This document shows, piece by piece, positions 21,243 to 32,013 of a stretch of DNA of 64,000 nucleotides. The translations under genes were made by a program, and so were the position numbers. Every line of letters starts with the position of its first letter. Positions within the stretch are counted from its first letter, which is position 1. The notes below the pieces were generated by a model. The model was given only the letters and a program-made list of their open reading frames with translations. It had not been told where the DNA came from and ran no database searches. This DNA comes from an uncultured Bacillota bacterium (GTDB lineage: Bacteria; Bacillota_I; Bacilli_A; RFN20; CAG-631), in NCBI GenBank assembly GCA_902491575.1, contig CABUID010000003.1:631-64630 (forward strand). The letters are read 5' to 3'.

Positions 21243-21276
21243 TCATAAAAAAAATACAACACAAAGTTGTATTTTT
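21243..21276 (-). terminator. Rho-independent terminator after the small lipoprotein gene (upstream of glnS)
   Basis: On the minus strand a hairpin tacaac-tttgtg-ttgta is followed by T8. Confidence 0.45.
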
Positions 21277-21294
21277 CATTCAAATTTGAATCGA

Positions 21295-21654
21295 TTAGTT
21301 CTGTTTATTTGGATCGTAAGCTTCATAAGTTGCAGATACTGCATTGTTGTTTACGATAACAACATAAAGTGCTTTTACTTCTTTACCATCATCAAGTTTT
21401 TGTTTAGCTTCTTCAGCAGTTTTGCATCCATTAATCCAAACAAGTAATCCATTTTGAGAACCAAGTACAGTAGCTGTAAAGTCAACAGTAGGATCACCAT
21501 ATGATTTTTCTAATTTTTCAACTGTATAATAATTTTTTTCACTTGCTGCATTATTTATTTTATCTGCTGCCTTTTGATTAGCACCACAACTTGATAATGT
21601 AAGCATAAATGCTAAAGCGATACCTGAAATTAAACCTTTAAAACCTTTTTTCAT
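21295..21654 (-). CDS. Small lipoprotein (119 aa)
   Basis: Signal peptide plus lipobox LTLSSC. Confidence 0.55.
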   Translation of the reverse strand: MKKGFKGLISGIALAFMLTLSSCGANQKAADKINNAASEKNYYTVEKLEKSYGDPTVDFTATVLGSQNGLLVWINGCKTAEEAKQKLDDGKEVKALYVVIVNNNAVSATYEAYDPNKQN

Positions 21655-21826
21655 ATTTTCTCCTTTCCTTTAATATAAATTATCTTTAAATCATTTATTT
21701 TACTACATTTTTAGTATAGCACAACATTATTTAAATTAACATAGGATTTTCATTTTTCTTTTTAATTTATAAACATTATTTCGGCTATTCAACATTTACC
21801 TTTTATTTTGTATTCAAGTTTTTAAA

Positions 21827-22237
21827 TTATATTGGACTACTACTATAGGTATCCGTATGATAAAGATAATAAATAATCATACATTGACCAATCACTAATA
21901 ATATACTTCCAAGCAACCTTATCTCTGCTAAATTATATTCATTGCTTCCTTTTTTTAATTTCGTTAAATTCTTATAATTTCGCACTGCAAAAACGATAAA
22001 AACAATTAGTATTAGAAAACTAGCAAATAAGTATTCATCTCGAATTTCATCATTCAAACTTATGCCTTGAATTTTAAAATTTCTTACCTTTTCATTGGTT
22101 TGTATATTGATAAATGAACCAACAATAAAAAGAATATACATTAAATCTTCTATATCTAATAAATGTATTTCTTCTTCTAGCGTTTTTTCATTTTCCATCA
22201 TAATACAATATATGATAAAAAGAAAAGAAAAATCCAT
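21827..22237 (-). CDS. Hypothetical membrane protein
   Basis: ORF with 3 predicted TM segments and no motif. Confidence 0.3.
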   Translation of the reverse strand: MDFSFLFIIYCIMMENEKTLEEEIHLLDIEDLMYILFIVGSFINIQTNEKVRNFKIQGISLNDEIRDEYLFASFLILIVFIVFAVRNYKNLTKLKKGSNEYNLAEIRLLGSILLVIGQCMIIYYLYHTDTYSSSPI

Positions 22238-22444
22238 AATGATTTTTCTTAAAAAATAGGAATGAACTCAAAAGTACATCAATACCAAAAATGATATTTT
22301 ATAAAAGTCATAAAAGAGTAATCGGACCATTTCCTATTTATTATAAAGTTTTGACCTATGTGGATATTGTGTCAAAAATACTAGCCATAAACTCGTAATA
22401 AATGTTAAGCTTTATTCATTGTATTTTAATCGATAAAAGGAAAA

Positions 22445-23395
22445 CTATTTTTCTAATTTTTCATATGCCTGAATAATTTTACTTACTAATGGATGGCGAA
22501 TAACATCTTTACTATCAAAACGAATAAATCCAATATCATCAATCTCTTGTAATATTTTACTTGCGATGATGATTCCTGACTGAATGGATGATTTTAAATC
22601 AATTTGTGATTCATCCCCTGTAATAACCATTCTCGTATGGTATCCTAGTCGAGTTAAAAACATTTTCATTTGTGTGGAAGTTGTGTTTTGAGCTTCATCT
22701 AAAATGACAAATGCATCATTTAAAGTTCTTCCTCGCATATAGGCTAGTGGCGCTATTTCGATGATTCCTTTATCTAAATATTTTTCTGTTGCTTCTTTGC
22801 CAATAATTTCATTAAATGAATCATAGATAGGAGTCAAATAGGGATCTACTTTTTCCTTTAATTCACCAGGTAAATATCCCAAATTTTCTCCAGCTTCTAC
22901 AATGGGGCGAGTAACAATAATTTTACTTACTTTTTTTGACTTTAACAATGACACTCCATAAGCCACAGCCAAATAAGTTTTACCTGTTCCTGCTGCACCC
23001 ATTGCAAAAACAATGGTATTGTTTTCTAACAAATGATAATAATGCATTTGAGAAACATTTTTAGGGCGTATAACTTTTCCATTATAGGTGGTTACATAAC
23101 GAATATTCTCGTCCACTTCATTTTGATGATGAAGAACACGTTGAATCAACTCTTGCATGGTCGTCTTATCAAAATCAGCGTTTTTTAAAATGATTTGAAC
23201 CATATTTTTAATACAAGTTTCAATCATATCTATATTTTCTTCTTTTGTCTGAATATTGATGATTTCACTATTCGCTCTAATTTCACAATGAAAATTTTTT
23301 TCTAGCAATTTAATATTTTCATCTTGAAAACCATAAAAAATTTTTAATTGTTCAATTGTAAAATGATAATCTGCCAAATTGATTTTATAATCCAT
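22445..23395 (-). CDS. phoH: PhoH-family ATPase
   Basis: Walker A GAAGTGKTYLAV is present. The position after yqfC-yqfD matches Bacillus synteny. Confidence 0.9.
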   Translation of the reverse strand: MDYKINLADYHFTIEQLKIFYGFQDENIKLLEKNFHCEIRANSEIINIQTKEENIDMIETCIKNMVQIILKNADFDKTTMQELIQRVLHHQNEVDENIRYVTTYNGKVIRPKNVSQMHYYHLLENNTIVFAMGAAGTGKTYLAVAYGVSLLKSKKVSKIIVTRPIVEAGENLGYLPGELKEKVDPYLTPIYDSFNEIIGKEATEKYLDKGIIEIAPLAYMRGRTLNDAFVILDEAQNTTSTQMKMFLTRLGYHTRMVITGDESQIDLKSSIQSGIIIASKILQEIDDIGFIRFDSKDVIRHPLVSKIIQAYEKLEK

Positions 23396-23397
23396 AT

Positions 23398-24330
23398 TTA
23401 CTCCTTTGCGATATTTTCAACACATGTAAAATGTAACTTCATATATACATTGTCATTATCTACTTTAAATTGTAGCACATTTTCTTCATAAATATATTCA
23501 TTTTCCGTAAAATTAAGAGAAATTTGTCGTTTAGTCTCAAGCATTAGATTCGCAAACAAGGTCTCTTCACTATCTAATGAAGTTATTTTTTGTTCAATGG
23601 TAACATAATACCATGTATAAGCATACACCGAACCATAAGTGCCAATATAAATTTCTTCATTATAATCCGTTGTTAAAACATCTTTAACAAGTAAATCTCC
23701 TTTTTTTACATAATCATTAATTTTAACGACTTTTTCTCCAGATAAAACATCAAAAGATTTAATCACTCCATCTTTACAAGCATATAAAGACCCTTTAAAT
23801 TCTGTTTTATCATTTTCTTTTCTTTTCTTTTTAAAATTGACTTGTATAGCACTTCCATCTTCTTCAATAGATAAATATTCAATGATATCATAATTATCAT
23901 ATAATATTTTATTTTGAATAGCGCTTAAATCGTCCGTACTTACCTTTTTAGCTCCCACATAAATATTATGATTTAAAAGTTCATTTTTTATAAATGATTC
24001 TAAAGATAATGTATCGCCTGATATATTAATCTTCCAAATTTTACTTGAAAGAGAAAAATAAAAGAATACAGAAATAATCATGGCTATTAATGTTGTTTTA
24101 TATTTTAATAAAGATAAAAAAATAGAGGCATATCCTGTTTGTTTTATAATTTCAATATGGGCAAAGATGCTCATCAGTTTCTTTTTTGTATAAATAGATG
24201 CATAAAATGTAAAAGTATATTCTTCGACTTTCTTTAACTGATAAATTTTAATTTTATTTTCTTTAATTTGGTTTAAAGCATTCACAATATCAAAAACTCT
24301 AACTTTATAAAGATATACGGATTTTATCAT
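23398..24330 (-). CDS. yqfD: Sporulation protein YqfD-like
   Basis: Sits between yqfC-like and phoH as in B. subtilis. It has an N-terminal cytoplasmic region plus TM and matches YqfD family architecture. Confidence 0.55.
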   Translation of the reverse strand: MIKSVYLYKVRVFDIVNALNQIKENKIKIYQLKKVEEYTFTFYASIYTKKKLMSIFAHIEIIKQTGYASIFLSLLKYKTTLIAMIISVFFYFSLSSKIWKINISGDTLSLESFIKNELLNHNIYVGAKKVSTDDLSAIQNKILYDNYDIIEYLSIEEDGSAIQVNFKKKRKENDKTEFKGSLYACKDGVIKSFDVLSGEKVVKINDYVKKGDLLVKDVLTTDYNEEIYIGTYGSVYAYTWYYVTIEQKITSLDSEETLFANLMLETKRQISLNFTENEYIYEENVLQFKVDNDNVYMKLHFTCVENIAKE

Positions 24331-24530
24331 TATTCAAATTCCAAAGAAAGTATTTTCCCAGTAATGGAAAACTCATCTTTTTCAAAATATTCTATCGACA
24401 AATCTACTCCATGGATGAAAATGGTTTTCTTAAACATTGTAAAGACAATTTCATTATCACTGACTTTTAAAAGTTTTTGATATCCTTGTATCATTATTTT
24501 TGAATCTAAAACATATATCATCTTATTCAC
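24330..24530 (-). CDS. yqfC: YqfC/YabP-family sporulation protein
   Basis: Small protein of 66 aa placed between rpsU and yqfD. It has YabP-like beta-rich composition. Confidence 0.55.
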   Translation of the reverse strand: MNKMIYVLDSKIMIQGYQKLLKVSDNEIVFTMFKKTIFIHGVDLSIEYFEKDEFSITGKILSLEFE

Positions 24531-24593
24531 CTAAATAAATATATGACTTAAAGGCAAAAAAAAGACTCTACCTTGAGTCTTTTTCATCCATCA

Positions 24594-24779
24594 TTAATAA
24601 GATTTTGATTTATTATTACGACGAGCATTTTCAGATTTTAATTTTCTTTTAAGACCTGGTTTAAGATAAAATTCTCTTTTACGTGCTTCAGCTAGAGTTC
24701 CAGCTTTAGATACTTGTCTTTTAAATCTACGTAAAGCATCATCTAAAGTTTCATTTTCACGTACAATTGTCTTTGGCAT
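24594..24779 (-). CDS. rpsU: 30S ribosomal protein S21
   Basis: [29 protein letters not shown]...; start taken at the ATG of MPKTIV (RBS AAGGGGTG); the track's earlier M is a GTG. Confidence 0.85.
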   Translation of the reverse strand: MPKTIVRENETLDDALRRFKRQVSKAGTLAEARKREFYLKPGLKRKLKSENARRNNKSKSY

Positions 24780-24915
24780 CTCTTTTTTCACCCCTTTTGA
24801 AGCAATGTTTGCTACCGTGCTTTATTATATAAAAACATGTAACTATTTGCAAGAGTTAAATTAAACTTTTTGACATTTTTTTATAAGTTTTTTCATATAT
24901 TTGTTTCAATTTTTA

Positions 24916-25602
24916 TTAAGATTCATTCAAATAATAAATAAAATAATGATGAATATGAAGATATTTTTTTAAATGGTTCAAAATATTAACATTCCATTTA
25001 GTAAGATAAATATTAACTTCTAATTTTTCCTTTTCGACATTGATATGATTTGCTAGAATGGTTCCACTATCAAAAAGTTGATAATTTACAAACTTTTTTC
25101 TTAAAAGATGAAAATGCGTACATCCTAAAAATATTTTTTGATAAGATTTAAAATCTTTTTCAATTTCTTTCCATTGAATACTTTTTTTCCCTTCAATATA
25201 ATTGACTAAATCACTTGAAGATCTAGCATTCACAGGATATAAATTTTTTTTTACAGTATAATTTGTAGCTAATAATAAGGAATGTCGATCAAATTCATTT
25301 TTAAGAATTTCCTTAAAATAAAAAACAGGCGTTATAACATCTTTGATATTTCTTTTTATCGCTACTTCAGATAAGGTGTTACAGGCAAGCAAAATTTGTT
25401 GAACATTTTGTTTTTTAAGAAATTGTATTCCCTTTAATAAACGTTCATATAATTGTTCTTCTGTTTTTTCTCCAAAAGGATTAAAACGATAATCTAAAAA
25501 CAAAATATAATTAGCATATTTTTTTTGTTTGATTAATTCATTTAATACAGAAATCGCTCCAAGTCCAGAGTCTATTATTCCTATTTTATTGATAATAACC
25601 AC
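24916..25602 (-). CDS. murI: Glutamate racemase (short form)
   Basis: IGIIDSGLGAIS (cf. IGVFDSGVGG) is present, with catalytic Cys motifs ACNTLS and GCTHFHLL. Confidence 0.7.
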   Translation of the reverse strand: MVIINKIGIIDSGLGAISVLNELIKQKKYANYILFLDYRFNPFGEKTEEQLYERLLKGIQFLKKQNVQQILLACNTLSEVAIKRNIKDVITPVFYFKEILKNEFDRHSLLLATNYTVKKNLYPVNARSSSDLVNYIEGKKSIQWKEIEKDFKSYQKIFLGCTHFHLLRKKFVNYQLFDSGTILANHINVEKEKLEVNIYLTKWNVNILNHLKKYLHIHHYFIYYLNES

Positions 25603-25894
25603 CCATAAAATATATGTATTTTTATAAACTTAAATTACTTATTTGATTGGATGATTATCCTTTAGTAGTTTAATTTAAAATCATAAGTCATATAATATTT
25701 GTAATTCTATTTTAAGATACATATTACGCTTGACTAATTTTTCCTTTTCAACCAAAATAAATTCAGAGTCATCTTTGCTTTTACGTACTTTTAATTCATT
25801 ATTTTGCACATAATTTATGTCAATATTAACTGTGTTTGTTATTATGCTTAAACAAAATAAAATGGATAACCTAAATAAATTATACTTCCTATTT

Positions 25895-26707
25895 TTACAA
25901 AAATATATACATAAATCTATCTTCTTGATTAAATTCTGTATCATAATTTGTAGGAACTTCAATTTGTTTATCATCGCCAAATTTTAACCATGCAACCGAA
26001 GTAGAATGGGTATAATCATTTCGAATGACATAAGGATGATCTTCGTCGTAAAAAAAATCTTCATATTGAATAACTTGATAAAGTTTGTATTCATTATCAA
26101 AGTAATATTCCGTTCTCGTATGAATAATTTCATAATCATTAAAAGATAATTTTCGATTAAAAGTCACATGATCTTCATAAATATTGATAGATTGATAAAA
26201 ACGTTCTATTTTTAAAAGATTTTCATATCCATTTACAGAAAAGAAATCACTACCATCTATACGTGTATCTATACGTAGATTTTCTACATTTTTACACCCT
26301 TCAGTTTCTTTAATGTTTTTAGACTCGTCTTCATAATTTGACTCAAATAAATAATAATAATGTTTATCATTTAAACAAGAGAAATACTTTTTCTTACATA
26401 TTATTTCATCATTTTCAATGTCTAAAAATTCAGAAACCCTTTCAAATTTAGTTACAAATCCAACTAATTGGTTTTTATCAAAATCAATATATCCTGTAAA
26501 TTTACTTTTACCTATTTGTTTCTTTGAATTTTTAAAACTATAACTCATTGATACTTTTTCATATTCATACCATCTAGCTTCGGCATCATAGCCATTAGGA
26601 TAATATTCATTGTATTTTTTTGCAAATTCCTCATATTTTGATAATGGTTTTTCATTGCACGATGTACATAGAAAAACACTTAATAGCAAAAATAATTTTT
26701 TTCGCAT
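25895..26707 (-). CDS. Hypothetical lipoprotein (270 aa)
   Basis: Signal peptide and lipobox FLCTSC. The protein is Tyr/Asp/Glu-rich. Confidence 0.5.
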   Translation of the reverse strand: MRKKLFLLLSVFLCTSCNEKPLSKYEEFAKKYNEYYPNGYDAEARWYEYEKVSMSYSFKNSKKQIGKSKFTGYIDFDKNQLVGFVTKFERVSEFLDIENDEIICKKKYFSCLNDKHYYYLFESNYEDESKNIKETEGCKNVENLRIDTRIDGSDFFSVNGYENLLKIERFYQSINIYEDHVTFNRKLSFNDYEIIHTRTEYYFDNEYKLYQVIQYEDFFYDEDHPYVIRNDYTHSTSVAWLKFGDDKQIEVPTNYDTEFNQEDRFMYIFL

Positions 26708-27180
26708 GCCTTTTCCCCCATGTATTAAAAAAACAAATAAAGTATAAAAAAACTACTATTACCTAAAACAGGCCATTCTTATTTTGTCGCCTTAGGTAAT
26801 TTTAATCACTATCTAGGTATGATACTTACTACAATCTCATTTTAGCATAATCTTTATGCATGGTCAACTTTCATATAGTAGAAAACAAAAGGAAAATTGC
26901 TACATAACTTTTAATTCTACTCTATTATATAAATTAAATTATATGTTCTAAAAAAACAATCTTATATTTTTCATAATAAATCAGTTGTATAAACGACAAA
27001 TTATCCTTTCTTCCTCTACTTCACCGTTAAGAAAAGCACCGATTTGACATAATAGTGGACATCGAATTTTCCATTTATAAACATAAAAATGGCATTTATC
27101 GACATAAACTCACTCATTTTTTAGTAAAAAATTCTTTTTTCTCTTTCAATCGTTGTATAATATAAAAAGAAATGAAACTA

Positions 27181-27720
27181 TGATTGAATATCTAAAACGC
27201 AAAATCGATTCGTTTCTTGCAGAATGGAAAGTAAATGATTATCATAAGCCTTATCATTAAATAGCAAGACAGGTCGGTAAAACCAAATCCGTTAAAATAT
27301 TTGTATAAATTAACTATGATAGCATTGTCGAAATCAACTTTGTTTCTAATCCTATATAGAAACAAATCGTAGAAAATAAGTACTCTGTGGAAGCTGTTAT
27401 CAAGAATATTTCGTGCATTAATCCTAAAGCTAGATTCATCAAAGGTAAAACATTGATTTTCTTTGACGAAATACAGGAATTCGCAAAGACTATCTTGTAC
27501 CGATCGAAGTCAAAGTTGGAAACCATAACTCAAAATCGCTTTCAACTTTAATCAAGGATTCACATTACAAAGAAATTTGTTTTGGCATTAAAATCGTAAA
27601 AGGAAACATTGGTTTCGACAAAAACATCTGCACTTTCCCACATTTTTGCACCTTTCTTATCAAAGGATTCCTTTCGAGCTTTCATATAATTAAGCTTCCA
27701 AGCTTTCATCTTTAAGGCTA
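27181..27720 (+). pseudogene. Degraded AAA+ ATPase gene of the DUF4143/COG1373 family (frameshifts and stops)
   Basis: MIEYLKRKIDSFLAEWKVNDYHKPYH* is followed in another frame by ARQVGKTKSVKIF (Walker A region). FIKGKTLIFFDEIQEFAK (Walker B region) is separated by further stops. Confidence 0.5.
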
Positions 27721-27893
27721 TCGTTTCAAACCGATAGCCATTTTACTTGTTGCTAAAAAAAATGGAACTTTATTTCTAAAATTTATATTTTATTCAAAGC
27801 CCATTTATTTTTAAATATATATCTTATAAATTTACTTTTACTTACGAATAATAAGTAAATTAACTTCTATTCAATCAAAATTAATTTAATGAA

Positions 27894-28547
27894 TTAATCT
27901 TTTTCTCCTTCCACAATGGCCACACCTGAAGATGTACCAAGACGAGATGCCCCACATTCTTTTACCATTTTAAACGCATCTTCATAACATCTTACTCCAC
28001 CTGCTGCTTTGACTTTGCAAACACCTTTTACAGTGTCAGACATTAATTTTACATCTTCAAAAGTAGCTCCTGATTTGCTAAATCCAGTTGATGTTTTCAC
28101 ATAGTCTACACCAACTTCCATACAAATTTGACATACTTTTACAATTTCTTCTTGACTCAACAAACAATTTTCAAAAATAACTTTAACCAGTGTTCCATTT
28201 GCAGCATCAAAAACAGATTGAATATCTGCTTTAACGAAAGAATAATTCTTATCTTTTAAAGCACCAATATTAATAACCATATCCACTTCATCTGCGCCAT
28301 TAGCAATCGCTTCTTTTGTTTCCATTGCTTTTATATAAGAAGTGTTTGCTCCTAAAGGAAAACCAATGACTGTACATACTTTAACCGATGTGTTTTTTAA
28401 TACCTCTTTGCAATAAGAAACGTGACATGGATTTACACAAACACTAGCAAAATCATATTTTTTTGCTTCTTCACAAAGTTTTAAAATTTGGTCTGTAGTA
28501 GCTTCTGGTTTTAATAATGTGTGATCAATATACTTATTTAATTTCAT
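27894..28547 (-). CDS. deoC: Deoxyribose-phosphate aldolase
   Basis: [17 protein letters not shown] and the Schiff-base Lys region are present. Length is 217 aa. Confidence 0.9.
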   Translation of the reverse strand: MKLNKYIDHTLLKPEATTDQILKLCEEAKKYDFASVCVNPCHVSYCKEVLKNTSVKVCTVIGFPLGANTSYIKAMETKEAIANGADEVDMVINIGALKDKNYSFVKADIQSVFDAANGTLVKVIFENCLLSQEEIVKVCQICMEVGVDYVKTSTGFSKSGATFEDVKLMSDTVKGVCKVKAAGGVRCYEDAFKMVKECGASRLGTSSGVAIVEGEKD

Positions 28548-28549
28548 TT

Positions 28550-29839
28550 TTATCCCTCCAATTTGGCTATGACAATATCATCATAGGCTTTTTTAATCTT
28601 TACTTTAACAATACTATTACGTGTTAATACTTTTTTACTATCAATTTGCACTTTAATGAAATTGCTTGTATGTCCAATGTATCCTTTTTCTGTGAATTCT
28701 TCAATGAGAACTTCTACTTCTTGATCAATATATTTTTGATTGTATGCCAAATTTAATTGTTTAGATAATTCTAATAACTCATTTGCACGTTGCTTTTTAA
28801 TAACACCATTGATTTGATTGTTCATCTTTGCAGCAAGAGTCCCTTTTCTACTTGAAAAAGGAAAAACATGAATTTTAGCAAAACCAATATCTTGGCAAGT
28901 CTTTAAAGTTTGTTTAAAATTTTCTTCACTTTCACCAGGAAATCCTACAATTACATCGGTAGTTATCGCAATATCAGGTACCGTTTTTTGAATCCTTTTT
29001 ACTTTTTCACTATAGGTTTCTATGGTATATTTTCGGTTCATGGAATGGAGAATATCATCACTTCCAGCTTGTAAAGGAATATGCAAGTGTTTAGCTAATT
29101 TTTCATTCTTAACTAATAGTTGAATAAAATCTTCCGTTATTTCACTTTCTTCAATGCTTGAGATTCGTAATCGATATAGTCCATCTAATTTTAATAATTC
29201 CTCCACCAACATTGTAAACGTGAAGTTTTGAATATCTTTACCATAACTTCCAGTATGGATACCTGTCAAAACAATTTCTTTATACCCCAAAGAAATGAGG
29301 TGTTTTGCTTCTTTAATTACTTCTTCTTTTTTCCTTGATTTAATCGTTCCTCTAACATAAGGGATAATACAATAACTACAATAATTGTTACAGCCATCTT
29401 GTATCTTTAAGTAGGCTCTTGTTTTTTCAAGGCAAGAAGAAAGAGGCAATTCTTCATAAGATTTAAATTCTTTAATGTCTTCCACTAATGAAATCTGTGA
29501 GGATGAAGACTGAAGGTACTCTTTGATTTTATGTCTGTCTTTCGTTCCAATGAGTAAGACTACTCCTGGTATTTGTTTTACTTCGTTTTCAAAGCCTTGA
29601 ACATAGCACCCCATCACAATAATTTTAGCATTCAAATTTCGTTGATGAAAAGAATGAATCTTTTGACGTGACTTACTAGCAGCAGTATTGGTAACACAAC
29701 AAGTATTAATAATTAAATATTCTGCTTTCTCTTCCTCTACAAGTTGGTAACCTTCATTGAGCAAATCATTTTTAATAGCTTCCATTTCATAAGAATTGAC
29801 TTTACAACCTAATGAATATATAAAAAATGTATGATTCAT
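28550..29839 (-). CDS. mtaB: Radical-SAM methylthiotransferase, MtaB/YqeV type
   Basis: The MTTase N-domain cysteines (SLGCKVN..C..C), the radical SAM motif CNNYCSYC and a TRAM-like C-terminus are present. It lies downstream of rsmE as in Bacillus yqeU-yqeV. Confidence 0.85.
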   Translation of the reverse strand: MNHTFFIYSLGCKVNSYEMEAIKNDLLNEGYQLVEEEKAEYLIINTCCVTNTAASKSRQKIHSFHQRNLNAKIIVMGCYVQGFENEVKQIPGVVLLIGTKDRHKIKEYLQSSSSQISLVEDIKEFKSYEELPLSSCLEKTRAYLKIQDGCNNYCSYCIIPYVRGTIKSRKKEEVIKEAKHLISLGYKEIVLTGIHTGSYGKDIQNFTFTMLVEELLKLDGLYRLRISSIEESEITEDFIQLLVKNEKLAKHLHIPLQAGSDDILHSMNRKYTIETYSEKVKRIQKTVPDIAITTDVIVGFPGESEENFKQTLKTCQDIGFAKIHVFPFSSRKGTLAAKMNNQINGVIKKQRANELLELSKQLNLAYNQKYIDQEVEVLIEEFTEKGYIGHTSNFIKVQIDSKKVLTRNSIVKVKIKKAYDDIVIAKLEG

Positions 29840-30561
29840 AATGCAATCCCTTCTAAATAATAGGCAATGACAGATAAAGTATAAAGTGCAGCGGTTTCAC
29901 TCCTTAAAATTCTTTTTCCTAAAGAAATACTTTGAAATCCTTTTTCTATTAATGATTGTACTTCATTTTCACTAAACCCACCTTCAGGTCCAATAATGAC
30001 AGCAATTTTATCATAATGTGAAAGATTCTTTAATGCACAAGAAAAAGAATTTTCTATTTGATTATTCTCATAAGCCATTAATCCTAAAGTATTTTCTTCT
30101 AAGATAATATCCTTTATCGAAATCGGTGTATGTATATTGGGCAAAACTTGACGATGCGATTGCTCACAAGCTTCTTTCGCTATTTTTTCATAACGATTTC
30201 TTTTACTGTCTTCTTTATCTTTATCCACTTTAATGACACTTCTTGAAAAAAATGTTGGATAAAAATCACTGACTCCTAGTTCAGTTGCCTTTTGAACAAT
30301 AAAGTCCATTTTATCATTTTTAATCAAAGCTTGATACAAAATAACTTTTTTACAAAGTTCCGTATTTTGATTCAATTCTTTAATCATCTCAATTTTATAA
30401 GAATGATTTAAATATCGAATTTGACACAAATAGCTTTGTTCATTATAAATACAAATAATTTCTCCTTTGTCTTTTATACGCATTACATCTTTAATGTGGT
30501 GGAAATCATTTTCTAATAATTGAAATTGTTCATTCACTTTTTTCACAAAATATCGTTGCAT
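29836..30561 (-). CDS. rsmE: 16S rRNA (uracil1498-N3)-methyltransferase RsmE
   Basis: MQRYFV... PUA-like N-terminus plus SPOUT domain. There is a 4-nt overlap with mtaB. Confidence 0.8.
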   Translation of the reverse strand: MQRYFVKKVNEQFQLLENDFHHIKDVMRIKDKGEIICIYNEQSYLCQIRYLNHSYKIEMIKELNQNTELCKKVILYQALIKNDKMDFIVQKATELGVSDFYPTFFSRSVIKVDKDKEDSKRNRYEKIAKEACEQSHRQVLPNIHTPISIKDIILEENTLGLMAYENNQIENSFSCALKNLSHYDKIAVIIGPEGGFSENEVQSLIEKGFQSISLGKRILRSETAALYTLSVIAYYLEGIAL

Positions 30562-30687
30562 ACTTTATCCTCAGTAATATTTTAACAAATTTGTGAAAAA
30601 TAACAAGATATGTAAAATAGAATTTTACATTTTTGATGATTTTTTTTATTCGTTTTGCTATAATGATTGAAAAGGCGGTGGTTAACC

Positions 30688-31047
30688 ATGTTTTCTAAAA
30701 TCAAAGAAGCTTTTGAAACTTATTCACAAAGTACTTCTATCCATCCAGATCCTACTTTACGCTCTATTAATGTTAAAATGGGACCATCTTTATTAGCGAA
30801 TGAAGTTATCAATATTTTAAAATCATTAAAGTATAAAACCATTCGATACAATGATGTTTTTAACGAAATTTTCACTTCGAAAGCTGGTTATGAAGTCACG
30901 ATTCATTTACTCGCTTCTTCCAATGGATCTTCCACTATAGAAGTTTCTATATTTTCACCTACTCATCGTGGAAAAACTAGAAAAGCACTACGTTTTTTAC
31001 TAAACAAATTTAAAGAGGAGTTTCAAAATTATTTAGACCATGAGTAA
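30688..31047 (+). CDS. Hypothetical protein translationally coupled to rnhC
   Basis: RBS AAAGGCGG precedes the start. The stop overlaps the rnhC start by 8 nt. Confidence 0.4.
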   Translation: MFSKIKEAFETYSQSTSIHPDPTLRSINVKMGPSLLANEVINILKSLKYKTIRYNDVFNEIFTSKAGYEVTIHLLASSNGSSTIEVSIFSPTHRGKTRKALRFLLNKFKEEFQNYLDHE

Positions 31048-31936
31048 TTCTTTTAAAGCAACTAACGAGCAAATCGAAAGCATCATCCATTACTATGATG
31101 CGGATAAAATAAATAGTAAAAACGATATTTTTCTATTTCAGGCTAAGGCCATTGATTTTTCTGTGTCCATTTATAAAAATGGCACTGTTTTTTTTCAAGG
31201 CAAAGAAGCAGAAAAAGAATTTTTAAAATGGAATCCTAACGACTTAGATTTAAAGGATAAAACAGAAATGAATCATATCGGTTCCGATGAAGTGGGATGT
31301 GGTGATTATTTTGGCCCTGTTGTCGTTTGTGCTGCTTTAGTCAAAAAAGAAGATTATCCCTATTTATATGAAATTGGAGTTCAAGACTCAAAGCAACTCA
31401 CTGATATTAAAATTCAAAATTTAGCACTTTTACTTCAAAAAAGAGTTCAATACGTTTCTTTTGTTTTATCCACTAAAAAATATAATGAACTTCATGAAAA
31501 AGGTTACAATTTAAATAAAATCAAAGCCTATCTTCATAATTTTGTATTATATAAATTGGCAGAGAAAACACAATTTAAAGGCGAGATGATTGTGGATCAA
31601 TTTTGTAGCGAAAAATTATACTATCATTATTTAAATGATTATCACCCAAATGAAATACAATATCATCTACACTTTACTCCAAAAGCTGAAAATAAATATT
31701 TAGCCGTTGCCTGTGCCTCCATACTGGCTAGAGACCTCTTTATAAAAGAAATGCAAAAATTGGAAAAAGAAATTGGATATTCACCTATTTACTATGGGGC
31801 AGGTCATAAAGTCGATGAATTAGCTACTAAAATAGCCATAGAGAAAGGAACCCAATATTTAAAAAAGTATGTCAAGTTTCATTACAAAAACACGGAAAAA
31901 GTGCTACAAAACTTAAATGAAAAAAAATACTTTTAA
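31040..31936 (+). CDS. rnhC: Ribonuclease HIII
   Basis: The RNase HII/HIII catalytic motif DEVGCGDYFGPVVV is present, with the N-terminal HIII-specific domain. Length is 298 aa. Confidence 0.85.
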   Translation: MSNSFKATNEQIESIIHYYDADKINSKNDIFLFQAKAIDFSVSIYKNGTVFFQGKEAEKEFLKWNPNDLDLKDKTEMNHIGSDEVGCGDYFGPVVVCAALVKKEDYPYLYEIGVQDSKQLTDIKIQNLALLLQKRVQYVSFVLSTKKYNELHEKGYNLNKIKAYLHNFVLYKLAEKTQFKGEMIVDQFCSEKLYYHYLNDYHPNEIQYHLHFTPKAENKYLAVACASILARDLFIKEMQKLEKEIGYSPIYYGAGHKVDELATKIAIEKGTQYLKKYVKFHYKNTEKVLQNLNEKKYF

Positions 31937-32013
31937 AATTTATATAAATTTTAATTGTTTTTTATTCTTAAAGTGTTATAATCTAATAAAATTAAATAAG
32001 GAGGTCCATTCAA

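Noticed and set aside
21138-21294. Possible T-box leader upstream of glnS
   Set aside because: No GGTGGTACCGCG-like T-box sequence is present, and the ~160-nt region is too short. It holds only the upstream gene's terminator and a promoter.
25681-25980. 99-aa ORF overlapping the 3' end of the 270-aa lipoprotein gene in another frame
   Set aside because: Overlaps a better-supported CDS by 86 nt with no clear RBS. It might be a real small gene (hydrophobic N-terminus), but the evidence is insufficient.
27314-27526. 70-aa minus-strand ORF in the deoC-lipoprotein gap
   Set aside because: Lies antisense to the recognisable AAA-ATPase pseudogene fragments and is most likely a chance ORF.
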